Source: Candidatus Fermentibacterota bacterium (GTDB lineage: Bacteria; Fermentibacterota; Fermentibacteria; Fermentibacterales; JCC-6). From it: a stretch of 64,000 nt of DNA. Positions 39,730-48,668 of this stretch are shown one piece after another (position 1 is the first letter of the stretch; every line of letters starts with the position of its first letter). The stretch lies in assembly GCA_014728175.1 (NCBI GenBank), contig WJMA01000054.1:71673-135672 (forward strand), read 5' to 3'. The position numbers and the translations under genes were made by a program. The notes under the pieces were generated by a model. That model was not told the DNA's origin. It saw only the letters and a program-made list of their open reading frames with translations, and did no database searches.

Positions 39730-39944
39730 CTCCGCCGGAGGGCTGGTTATCCCATCCAACTGCCCCCGGCTGGTCCCTCCCGATGTAGACTCTTCGGAAA
39801 TGTAGAGCTCCCGCGAATGGTTCCCGCGCGCCGGCGGAATATCGCAAATAACAGAGCCCATAAGTATAAGATCCTAATCAAGTGGATAGGGAATAGAATC
39901 CTACTTTCCAGATATGTCAAGGCGAGTTCCGCCCTCCGGCGGAG
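39730..39944. repeat. 14-bp perfect inverted repeat in the divergent intergenic region
   Basis: CTCCGCCGGAGGGC (39730-39743) and GCCCTCCGGCGGAG (39931-39944). Confidence 0.75.
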
Positions 39945-40154
39945 CAATGCGTTGAGGTGCGGCTTTCGGGGTATTCGTCTTGACAAGATTGACCTCTCGT
40001 ATTCTTGTACCCACTCGTTCCAAAGAGGCTAGGCAAGTGCGAAGTGCGGTGGTTGGAAACGAGTTGCCGTACGGATGTCCGAACTACGAGCCATAACCCT
40101 CAACATGCCCGACCGTACCTGCGAGCGGCCGTAAGAAAACGGAAAGACACCAAG

Positions 40155-41405
40155 ATGGGAAAGACGCTCAGCGAGAAGATCATCTCCAGTCACTGCGGCA
40201 AGGAGGTAACTCCAGGCGAGCTGGTCATAGCAAATATCGACGGAGCCCTGGTTCAGGATGGAACCGGTCCCCTCTCCGTGGAAGAGCTGCGGAAAGCGAA
40301 CATGGTCATGGCCGCCGTGCCGGACCGAACAGTGCTGTTTCTGGACCACGCCTCTCCCAGCCCCCGAAAGGAGCTCTCCAACGCCCACATCATCCTGAGG
40401 AACTTCGCCAGGGAGACCGGGGTGATTCTCTCCGAGATCGGAGACGGAGTCTGCCACCAGCGGATCGTCGAGGACTACGCCCGTCCGGGAGATCTAATAG
40501 TTGGTGCCGACTCCCATACGGTCACCGCGGGGGCCCTGGGAGCGTTTGCGACCGGCATGGGCTCTTCCGACGTCGGTTTCGCCATGGCCCTGGGCAAGGT
40601 ATGGCTGAAAATCCCGGAGGCTTTTAGGGTAGAGCTTACGGGCTCCCTTTCGGAGGCAGTTTACTCCAAGGACGTGATCCTACACCTGATCGGGTCGATC
40701 ACCGCGGACGGAGCGACGTACAACGCCCTGGAGTTCACCGGACCGGGAGCAACCGCGCTCAGCATGTCCGACCGGATGACAATATCCAACATGGCCGTGG
40801 AAGCCGGGGCGAAGGTGGGCCTTTTCGAATCGGACGACTCCACCCGGGAGTACCTGGAGGAGATGTCTCGAGGGCAGGATTGGAAAAGAATGGCTCCGGA
40901 CCCGGACGCCTCCTACCAGAGGACCATAGAGCTGGACCTGGGAACGGTGGAGCCTACCGTAAGCTGTCCGCATACCGTGGACAACACCTCCCCGGCATCT
41001 GAGCTGGGCGAGGTCGAGATCGACCAGGCGGTGGTGGGCACCTGTACCAATGGAAGAATCGAGGATCTACGGGTGGCCGCCTCCCTGCTCCGGAGAAGAA
41101 AAGTGTCGGACCAGGTCCGTCTCCTGGTGGTCCCGGCCTCCCGCAGGGTGTATCTGGAAGCCCTCCGGGAGGGATTGCTGGAGACATTCGTGGAATCCAA
41201 CGGAACGGTCCTGCCGCCGGGATGCGGACCCTGCGTGGGAGTGCACCAGGGCGTGCTCGGCGACGGAGAGACCTGCATCTCTACACAGAACAGAAACTTC
41301 CATGGTCGGATGGGAAACCCCAAGGGTTCGATCTACCTCGGCTCCCCGGCCACCGTCGCGGCATCGGCCCTGACCGGGAGGATCACCGACCCCAGAGAGG
41401 TCTGA
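40155..41405 (+). CDS. LeuC/HacA-family hydratase large subunit (probable aconitase function)
   Basis: DH, GVCHQ, GADSHT, MAVEAG, GTCTNGR, GCGPC, NRNFHGRMG and GSPA. Confidence 0.9.
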   Translation: MGKTLSEKIISSHCGKEVTPGELVIANIDGALVQDGTGPLSVEELRKANMVMAAVPDRTVLFLDHASPSPRKELSNAHIILRNFARETGVILSEIGDGVCHQRIVEDYARPGDLIVGADSHTVTAGALGAFATGMGSSDVGFAMALGKVWLKIPEAFRVELTGSLSEAVYSKDVILHLIGSITADGATYNALEFTGPGATALSMSDRMTISNMAVEAGAKVGLFESDDSTREYLEEMSRGQDWKRMAPDPDASYQRTIELDLGTVEPTVSCPHTVDNTSPASELGEVEIDQAVVGTCTNGRIEDLRVAASLLRRRKVSDQVRLLVVPASRRVYLEALREGLLETFVESNGTVLPPGCGPCVGVHQGVLGDGETCISTQNRNFHGRMGNPKGSIYLGSPATVAASALTGRITDPREV

Positions 41406-41436
41406 TCGGAAGACGAAACAGGAGAGGACTGACAAG

Positions 41437-41952
41437 GTGCTAGAGGGAAAGGCGTTCAAGTTCGGGGACAACATCTCCACCGACCACATAACCCCTGGCA
41501 GATATTTCCATCTCAGAGGGGACATAGAGAAGCTGGCCGAGCATACCCTGGAGGACGCGGACGAGACCTTCGCCTCCAGGGTCTCCGAGGGAGATTTCGT
41601 GGTGGCGGGAAACAACTTCGGGTTGGGTTCCTCCAGAGAGCACGCTCCGCGGGTCATAAAGCAGTGCGGGGTCGCCACCATACTGGCCGAATCCTTTGCC
41701 AGAATATTCTATCGCAACGCCATAAACATCGGCCTTCCGGTGATCGAATGCGACACCTCGCAGATCGAGGACGGAGACCGGATCCAGGTAGACCTCGACG
41801 AAGGCAAGGTAAGGGTACCCGAAAAGCAGATCGAGGTATCTTTCACCCCCTTCCCCGACTTCATGAAGGAGTTGCTGGCCGACGGAGGCCTATCCGCCCA
41901 TCTGCAGAAGAACAAAGGATTCAAGATTGGAGGATCATCGGATGGCCCCTGA
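41437..41952 (+). CDS. LeuD/HacB-family hydratase small subunit
   Basis: [18 protein letters not shown] and [16 protein letters not shown]. Confidence 0.9.
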   Translation: MLEGKAFKFGDNISTDHITPGRYFHLRGDIEKLAEHTLEDADETFASRVSEGDFVVAGNNFGLGSSREHAPRVIKQCGVATILAESFARIFYRNAINIGLPVIECDTSQIEDGDRIQVDLDEGKVRVPEKQIEVSFTPFPDFMKELLADGGLSAHLQKNKGFKIGGSSDGP

Positions 41953-43225
41953 GAGGATCACGGTCACCGACGGCAAGCTCGAGGTTCCCGACAAACCCAT
42001 AATTCCATTCATCGAGGGTGACGGTATAGGAGCGGACATAACCTCCGCCTCCATGGTCGTCTGGAACGCCGCGGTGAAGAAGGCTTACGGCGGCAAGAAG
42101 CGCATAGAGTGGAAGGAGATATACGCCGGGGAAAAGGGGTTCGATAAAACCGGCTCCTACCTTCCGGACGAGACCGTCGAGGCCATAAGGGAGTACGTGG
42201 TGGCCATAAAGGGCCCCCTAACCACCCCGGTCGGCGGCGGCTTCCGTAGCCTCAACGTCACCCTTCGCCAGGTCCTGGACCTTTACGCCTGCGTAAGGCC
42301 CGTCAGCTACGTGAGGGGAGTACCCTCCCCCATGAAGCATCCGGAGAAGCTTGACGTGGTCGTGTTCCGGGAGAACACGGAGGACGTCTACTCCGGTATC
42401 GAGTGGGAGCAGGGCACGCCCGATGCCAGGAAGATCATCGATTTCATAGGCTCGGAGATGGGTAAGCCCATCAGGGCGGACTCAGGGGTGGGCATCAAGC
42501 CCATCTCCATCACCGGCACCAAGAGGCTGGTAAGGAAGGCCATCGAGCACGCAATCAGCAAGAACCGTAGCAGCGTCACCCTGGTGCACAAGGGCAACAT
42601 AATGAAGTACACCGAAGGTGCCTTCAAGGAGTGGGGCTACGAGCTGGCCGCTCAGGAGTACCGCGACCGGGTGATAACCGAGTCGGAGCTGTGGGACCGG
42701 GTCATAGCCGACGACGGCGTAACGCCAACCACGGAGGAAGGCGCATTCGCTCACCTCAGGGGAGGCAGGCCCGCCGGCGACCCCGGGGACAGGATAGTGA
42801 TCAAGGACAGGATAGCCGACCAGATGTTCCAGCAGGTGCTGCTCCGCCCGGACGAGTACGCCGTCCTGGCCCTGCCCAACCTCAACGGCGATTACCTATC
42901 CGACGCCTGCGCGGCCCAGGTGGGTGGCCTGGGAATGGCCCCGGGAGCCAACATCGGTGACTACACGGCGCTGTTCGAGGCAACCCACGGGACGGCCCCC
43001 AAGTACAGAAACATGGACAAGGTCAACCCCGGCTCGCTTCTGCTGTCCGGGGTAATGATGCTGGAGTACCTCGGATGGAACGAGGCCGCCCAGGGCATCC
43101 GGGATGCGCTGGAGAAAACTATTCTCAATAAGACGGTAACCTACGATCTGGCACGTCAACTCGAGGGGGTAGAACCTGTAAAGACAAGCGAGCTGGCCAG
43201 AGCGATAGTGGACAATCTTCCGTAA
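41942..43225 (+). CDS. icd: Isocitrate dehydrogenase (homodimeric, E. coli-type, probably NADP)
   Basis: [49 protein letters not shown] and [10 protein letters not shown]. Confidence 0.95.
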   Translation: MAPERITVTDGKLEVPDKPIIPFIEGDGIGADITSASMVVWNAAVKKAYGGKKRIEWKEIYAGEKGFDKTGSYLPDETVEAIREYVVAIKGPLTTPVGGGFRSLNVTLRQVLDLYACVRPVSYVRGVPSPMKHPEKLDVVVFRENTEDVYSGIEWEQGTPDARKIIDFIGSEMGKPIRADSGVGIKPISITGTKRLVRKAIEHAISKNRSSVTLVHKGNIMKYTEGAFKEWGYELAAQEYRDRVITESELWDRVIADDGVTPTTEEGAFAHLRGGRPAGDPGDRIVIKDRIADQMFQQVLLRPDEYAVLALPNLNGDYLSDACAAQVGGLGMAPGANIGDYTALFEATHGTAPKYRNMDKVNPGSLLLSGVMMLEYLGWNEAAQGIRDALEKTILNKTVTYDLARQLEGVEPVKTSELARAIVDNLP

Positions 43226-43248
43226 TCAAAGCAGTCAGGGGAGATGCA

Positions 43249-44898
43249 ATGACTTTTCAGGAGCGCCTTGACGAGTTCCTGGCCGGAAGGCCGGACAAGA
43301 AGCACAATCCACCTCGCACGGAGATGATAGAGGAAGCGGTGAAACGCCGCGAGGCGATGGTAAGCGCCAACGGCGCGCTGGCCACATGGACGCCTCCCGA
43401 GTCCACGGGCAGAAGCCCGAAGGACACGGTCATAGTCAAGCGTCCTTCTTCGGAGAGAAACATAGACTGGTCCAGCCCCAACAACATCCCTTTGGAGGAG
43501 GATACCTTCGAGATGCTTCTGGAGGATGCCTACCGTACCCTCCAGGAGAAGGAGACGATCTACGTTACCGAGAGGACGGTGGGAGCGGACTCCAGGATAG
43601 CCCTGAAGGTCAAAACGGTAACCGACTTCGCCCTCACGGCCCTGTTCACGGACAACATGTTTAGATCCATTCCCGAGGACTTCGACCGGAGCTGCTTCGC
43701 CGACAAGACGTTCACCCTGGTCGTTCTACCCTACGACAAGCTGGACCCCGAACGGTACGAGGGAAAGCTGAGAATAGACCCCAGGCTGGGCCATACCTCC
43801 ACTATGGCGGTGGCCATGGACATGGACAACTGGCTGGGCGTCGTCTACGGCTCCGCCTACGGCGGAAGCGTAAAGAAGCTGATCTTTACGGTCATGAACT
43901 ACATACTGCCCGGAGAGGGAATACTACCGCTGCACTGCAGTGCCAACGAGGGCCCCGACGGAGACCTGGCGATGCTTCTGGGCCTTTCCGGAACCGGAAA
44001 GACCACGCTATCGGCGGATCCGTCTCGAGCCCTGCTGGGTGACGACGAGCACGGCTGGAGCGAGCACGGCATTTGCAACTTCGAGAACGGCTGCTACGCC
44101 AAGCTGATCGACCTCGATCCGGAAAAGGAGCCGGAGATACACAACGCCTGTTTCCACCAGGACGACTACCCGAACCACGGCGCGATAATCGAGAACGCCA
44201 TGATCTTCCCCAACGGCGAGTTCGATCTGTTCGACGACAGGTTCACCCCCAACTCGCGGGGCTCCTACCCCCTTCGCTACCTGACCAACATCAAGCCCTC
44301 GTCGGTAGGAGACCATCCCAAGACCATCCTGTTCCTGACCGCCGACGCGAACGGCGTTCTCCCTCCGGTGGCCAAGTTCACCACCGACCAGGCGATGTTC
44401 TGGTTCCTGATGGGTTACACCAGCAAGCTGGCCGGAACCGAGACCGGTATAGTCGACCCCGTCAGCACCTTCTCCCGCTTCTTCGGCGAGCCCTTCATGC
44501 CCCGCAACCCCGACGTCTACGCCCGGATGCTGGGCGAGCGGCTGGACGAGCACGGGACACGGGTCTACGGAATCAACACCGGCTGGACCGGCGGGCCTTA
44601 CGGAGAGGGCCACAGAATTGACCTGCCCCTGACACGGATAATGGTGAACGCCGTTCTCTCGGGTAAGCTCGACGACGTCGAGTTCGAGCAGGATCCGATC
44701 TTCAAGCTGCTCTACCCCAAGACCTGCCCGGGTCTTCCGGACGACTCGATACTCAAGCCGGTGAATACCTGGGACGACCCCGAGGCCTACAGACGACGGG
44801 CGGAGAAGCTGGCATCGGAGTTCGCAGAACACTTCGACAAGGCTTACGGTAACAAGGGAATCGACCCTGCGGTCGAAGCTGCTTGTCCAGGTAAATAA
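43249..44898 (+). CDS. pckA: Phosphoenolpyruvate carboxykinase (ATP)
   Basis: TGRSPKD, LHCSAN, GLSGTGKTTLS, GDDEHGW, ENGCYAK and NTGWTGG. Confidence 0.94.
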   Translation: MTFQERLDEFLAGRPDKKHNPPRTEMIEEAVKRREAMVSANGALATWTPPESTGRSPKDTVIVKRPSSERNIDWSSPNNIPLEEDTFEMLLEDAYRTLQEKETIYVTERTVGADSRIALKVKTVTDFALTALFTDNMFRSIPEDFDRSCFADKTFTLVVLPYDKLDPERYEGKLRIDPRLGHTSTMAVAMDMDNWLGVVYGSAYGGSVKKLIFTVMNYILPGEGILPLHCSANEGPDGDLAMLLGLSGTGKTTLSADPSRALLGDDEHGWSEHGICNFENGCYAKLIDLDPEKEPEIHNACFHQDDYPNHGAIIENAMIFPNGEFDLFDDRFTPNSRGSYPLRYLTNIKPSSVGDHPKTILFLTADANGVLPPVAKFTTDQAMFWFLMGYTSKLAGTETGIVDPVSTFSRFFGEPFMPRNPDVYARMLGERLDEHGTRVYGINTGWTGGPYGEGHRIDLPLTRIMVNAVLSGKLDDVEFEQDPIFKLLYPKTCPGLPDDSILKPVNTWDDPEAYRRRAEKLASEFAEHFDKAYGNKGIDPAVEAACPGK

Positions 44899-44934
44899 CG
44901 GTATAGTAACAAGTTACGAAGTACGAATCCACAA

Positions 44935-44976
44935 AGCGCCCGGGGCCATCCCGCCGGAGACTCCGGGCGCTCTTCT
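44935..44976 (+). terminator. Possible terminator hairpin after pckA
   Basis: AGCGCCCGG (44935-44943) pairs with CCGGGCGCT (44963-44971); weak CTTCT tail. Confidence 0.45.
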
Positions 44977-44980
44977 ACGG

Positions 44981-45009
44981 TTGACCCCCCTGGTAGCGGG
45001 GTCTATATA
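44981..45009 (+). promoter_or_regulatory. Putative promoter for larA-maeB-ackA
   Basis: TTGACC-17 nt-TATATA. Confidence 0.5.
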
Positions 45010-45057
45010 GGTTGATTCTTCTTCCAGGGAGCTGCGCCCCAAACGAAAGGTGATTCC

Positions 45058-46326
45058 ATGGCTGAAGGCGAGCTTACCGAACTGGAAGTCCCCTACGGCA
45101 GGGATACCACGATGGTCAGACTGCCGTCCTCCAACGTTTTGGCAACGGTTCACCCCAACGAGGTGGAAAAGACCGACGCTGGGGTCGCCCTCAGGGAAGC
45201 TCTGGAGAATCCCGTCTCGTCTCCTTCCTTCTCCGACTTCCTCTCCGGCGGCGGTAGTACCCTGGTCATAGTTAACGACGGTACCCGTCCCACCCCCACC
45301 TCGAAGGTGCTCGACCACCTCTTCGACATGATACCCCCCGAGACCGCGGCAGACCTGGAGTTCCTCATGGCCACGGGCATACACAGAGCTCCCACGGAAG
45401 AGGAGCTGGGCTTTATATTCGGCCGGCACCTCGAAGGGCTGCGCGACCGTATACACGTGCACGATGCGGAGAAAGACGAGATGGTCCATCTCGGCACCTC
45501 CAGCAACGGCACGGAGATGTACCTGAACAAGATGGGGGTGGAGGCCGACCGACTGGTCATAATCGGGTCGGTGGAACCCCACTACTTCGCGGGCTACACC
45601 GGCGGCAGGAAATCCTTCCTTCCCGGAATAGCCTCCTACCGGACCATCGAGCAGAACCACAAGTACGCCCTGCTTCCCGAGGCGAAGGCACTGGCCCTGC
45701 AGGGCAATCCGGTGCACGAGGATATGATAGACGCCCTCAAGGCCGTCACCGAGAAACCCATCTTCTCCATACAGACCGTTCTGGACCGCGAGAGGGACAT
45801 ATACGCGGCCACCGCGGGACATATTCACGAATCCTTCTACGCGGCCATAGACAAGGCGAAAGAGGTTTTCTGCGTCGAGGTTCCCCGAAAGGCCGAGATC
45901 GTGGTGTCCGTCGCGCCATATCCGATGGACGTCGATCTGTACCAATCCCAGAAGGCCATCGACAACGCCAAGCTGGCCCTGAAGGAGAACGGGATTCTCG
46001 TACTGGCAGCTACTTGCAGAACCGGCATAGGGCACGAGACATTCTACGAGCTTCTTTCCTCCTGCGACTCCCCGCAGGAGGCGATCGATACGATAGATAA
46101 AGGCTACGTACTGGGCTACCACAAGGCGGCCAAAATGGCCGAGATAGGTCTTTGGGCCGACATGTGGGCGGTTACGGAGCTGCCCGACGATATGGTTAGG
46201 AACGTCCTAATGGAGCCCTTCGAGAACCTACAGACGGCCGTAGATGCCGCGCTGCAGCTAAAGGGCCCCGATGCCGGGGTGCTGTTCCTCATGGAGGGCA
46301 GCATCACGGTTCCAATCGTCGAATAA
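45058..46326 (+). CDS. larA: Nickel-pincer-dependent 2-hydroxyacid racemase (LarA family)
   Basis: DGTRPTP, ATGIHR, PHYFAGYTGGRKSFLPG, QNH and LYQSQKA. Confidence 0.9.
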   Translation: MAEGELTELEVPYGRDTTMVRLPSSNVLATVHPNEVEKTDAGVALREALENPVSSPSFSDFLSGGGSTLVIVNDGTRPTPTSKVLDHLFDMIPPETAADLEFLMATGIHRAPTEEELGFIFGRHLEGLRDRIHVHDAEKDEMVHLGTSSNGTEMYLNKMGVEADRLVIIGSVEPHYFAGYTGGRKSFLPGIASYRTIEQNHKYALLPEAKALALQGNPVHEDMIDALKAVTEKPIFSIQTVLDRERDIYAATAGHIHESFYAAIDKAKEVFCVEVPRKAEIVVSVAPYPMDVDLYQSQKAIDNAKLALKENGILVLAATCRTGIGHETFYELLSSCDSPQEAIDTIDKGYVLGYHKAAKMAEIGLWADMWAVTELPDDMVRNVLMEPFENLQTAVDAALQLKGPDAGVLFLMEGSITVPIVE

Positions 46327-46362
46327 CCTATACTCCCGGATACCGGGGGAGGTTCTGACAAC

Positions 46363-48621
46363 ATGGCTATCACGCGCGAAGAGTCACTGGACTACCATAC
46401 CAGGGGAAGACCGGGCAAGATCGAGGTCGCATCAACCAAGCGCTGCAGAACGCAGCGAGACCTATCCATGGCCTATACTCCCGGAGTCGCCGAGCCCTGC
46501 AGGATCATTGAGAAGGATGTGTCGGAAGTCTACACCTACACGGCCAGGGGCAACCTGGTGGCGGTGATCTCCAACGGGACGGCGGTGCTGGGCCTCGGTG
46601 ACATAGGCCCCGAAGCGGGAAAGCCGGTCATGGAAGGCAAGGGTGTCCTTTTCAAGCGATTCGCCGATATCGACGTCTTCGATCTGGAGATGAATACCAA
46701 GGACCCCGAGAAGCTCATCAACGCGGTCCAGCTCCTGGAGCCCACCTTCGGAGGCATCAACCTGGAGGACATTGCTGCCCCCGAGTGCTTCCTCATAGAG
46801 GAAGAGCTCAAGAAGCGGATGAACATCCCGGTCTTCCACGACGATCAGCACGGAACCGCGATAATCTCGGGAGCGGCCCTTCTAAACGCCCTCGAGATAA
46901 ACGGAAAGAAGATAGGCCAGCTCAAGCTGGTGGTCAGCGGAGCGGGGGCGTCGGCCATCGCCTGCACCAAGTACTACATCAGTCTGGGCGTGAAGCCGGA
47001 GAACGTTCTCATGGTGGACAGCAAAGGGGTGATCTACAAGGGGCGAAAGAAGAACATGAACCCCTACAAGGAGCAGTTCGCCGCCGAGACCGAAGCCAGA
47101 ACTCTCCAGGACGCCATGAAGGGCGCCGACGTGTTTCTGGGTCTCTCCGTAGGGGGCTTGGTATCCCAGGACATGGTAAAATCGATGGCCGACGACCCGG
47201 TGATCTTCGCCATGGCCAACCCCGATCCGGAAATTACCTACGAGGACGCCACTGCGGCCCGTGAAGACGTGATAATGGCCACCGGCAGGTCCGACTACCC
47301 CAACCAGGTAAACAACGTACTGGGATTCCCCTTCATTTTCAGGGGCGCCCTGGACGTCAGGGCCACCGACATAAACGAGAAGATGAAGCACGCGGCGACC
47401 AAGGCCCTCGCCGACCTGGCCAAGGAGGACGTGCCCGACTCCGTGTGCAGGGCCTACAGGGTGGAAAGGCTGTCCTTCGGCAGGGACTATCTGATTCCCA
47501 AACCCTTCGATCACAGGGTCCTTCTCTGGGAGGCCCACGCGGTGGCCAAGGCCGCCATAGAAAGCGGGGTGGCCCAGCAGGAGCTGGACCTCGAGGACTA
47601 CAGGAACCAGCTGGAGGCCCGGCTGGGAAGAAGCTATAGCGTGATGCGGGTGGTCATAACCAAGGCCCAGAAGCACCCCAGGCGGATAGCATTCCCCGAG
47701 GGGGAGAACGACAAGATCCTCCGGGCCAGCTCATTGATCATAGAGGAGGGTATTGCCAAGCCCATACTCCTGGGAAGTCCCGACGTCATACGAAAGCGGG
47801 CCGAGGAGCTGGGCCTGGAGCTGGAGGAGGCTGAGACCATCGATCCCACCGAGTCCCCTCTGCTGGAGGACTACGCGCAGGAGTACTACCAGCTGAGGCA
47901 GCGCAAGGGCCGCACTCTGGAGCACTGCCGCGAGCTTCTTCGCCTGCCTCGGGTATACGGACCGATGATGGTGCGCATGGGCGACGCCGACAGCGTTCTG
48001 GGTGGAATCACCATGCACTATCCGGAGATGATAAGACCGGCGATAAGGGTTATCGGCACGGAGGGCGAGCCGGGGATAGTCATGGGAATGTACATGCTGA
48101 TATTCCCCGACAAAGTGATCTTCTTCGCCGACACCACCGTGAACATAGAACCCGACGCGGAGCAGGTCGCCCGGATCGCCAGGATGACCGCCAGATACGT
48201 CACCGGCCTGGGCTTCGAGCCCCGGATAGCCATGCTGTCCTTCTCCAACTTCGGAAGCTCGAAGCACGAGAAGACGCTGAAGATGAAACGGGCGACCGAG
48301 CTGGTGAAGAAGGCCGAGCCCGAGCTGATTATAGACGGCGAGATGCAGGCGGATACGGCCGTACTTCCGGGGATCATCGAGAGCACCTACCCCTTCTCCA
48401 CGCTGAAGGGGGGCGCCAACGTGCTGATCTTCCCCGACCTGCAGGCCGCAAACATAGCCTACAAGCTCGCGGCCAACCTGGGCAAGGCCGACGCCGTCGG
48501 GCCCATTCTTATGGGGTTGAAGAAGTCGGCCCACGTGCTCAGGCACGGGTGCGAAGCGGACGACGTAGTGAACATGGCGGCGATAGCCGTCGCGGAGATA
48601 CTGGAGATGTCGGGGCGCTGA
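46363..48621 (+). CDS. maeB: NADP-dependent malic enzyme with C-terminal PTA-like domain
   Basis: [45 protein letters not shown]; C-terminal FPEGE...IDGEMQAD...ANVLIFP. Confidence 0.96.
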   Translation: MAITREESLDYHTRGRPGKIEVASTKRCRTQRDLSMAYTPGVAEPCRIIEKDVSEVYTYTARGNLVAVISNGTAVLGLGDIGPEAGKPVMEGKGVLFKRFADIDVFDLEMNTKDPEKLINAVQLLEPTFGGINLEDIAAPECFLIEEELKKRMNIPVFHDDQHGTAIISGAALLNALEINGKKIGQLKLVVSGAGASAIACTKYYISLGVKPENVLMVDSKGVIYKGRKKNMNPYKEQFAAETEARTLQDAMKGADVFLGLSVGGLVSQDMVKSMADDPVIFAMANPDPEITYEDATAAREDVIMATGRSDYPNQVNNVLGFPFIFRGALDVRATDINEKMKHAATKALADLAKEDVPDSVCRAYRVERLSFGRDYLIPKPFDHRVLLWEAHAVAKAAIESGVAQQELDLEDYRNQLEARLGRSYSVMRVVITKAQKHPRRIAFPEGENDKILRASSLIIEEGIAKPILLGSPDVIRKRAEELGLELEEAETIDPTESPLLEDYAQEYYQLRQRKGRTLEHCRELLRLPRVYGPMMVRMGDADSVLGGITMHYPEMIRPAIRVIGTEGEPGIVMGMYMLIFPDKVIFFADTTVNIEPDAEQVARIARMTARYVTGLGFEPRIAMLSFSNFGSSKHEKTLKMKRATELVKKAEPELIIDGEMQADTAVLPGIIESTYPFSTLKGGANVLIFPDLQAANIAYKLAANLGKADAVGPILMGLKKSAHVLRHGCEADDVVNMAAIAVAEILEMSGR

Positions 48622-48668
48622 GCGTGGTATGACTCCCGCCAGGGCCCCGGAGGGAGCGATAGCGAAGC

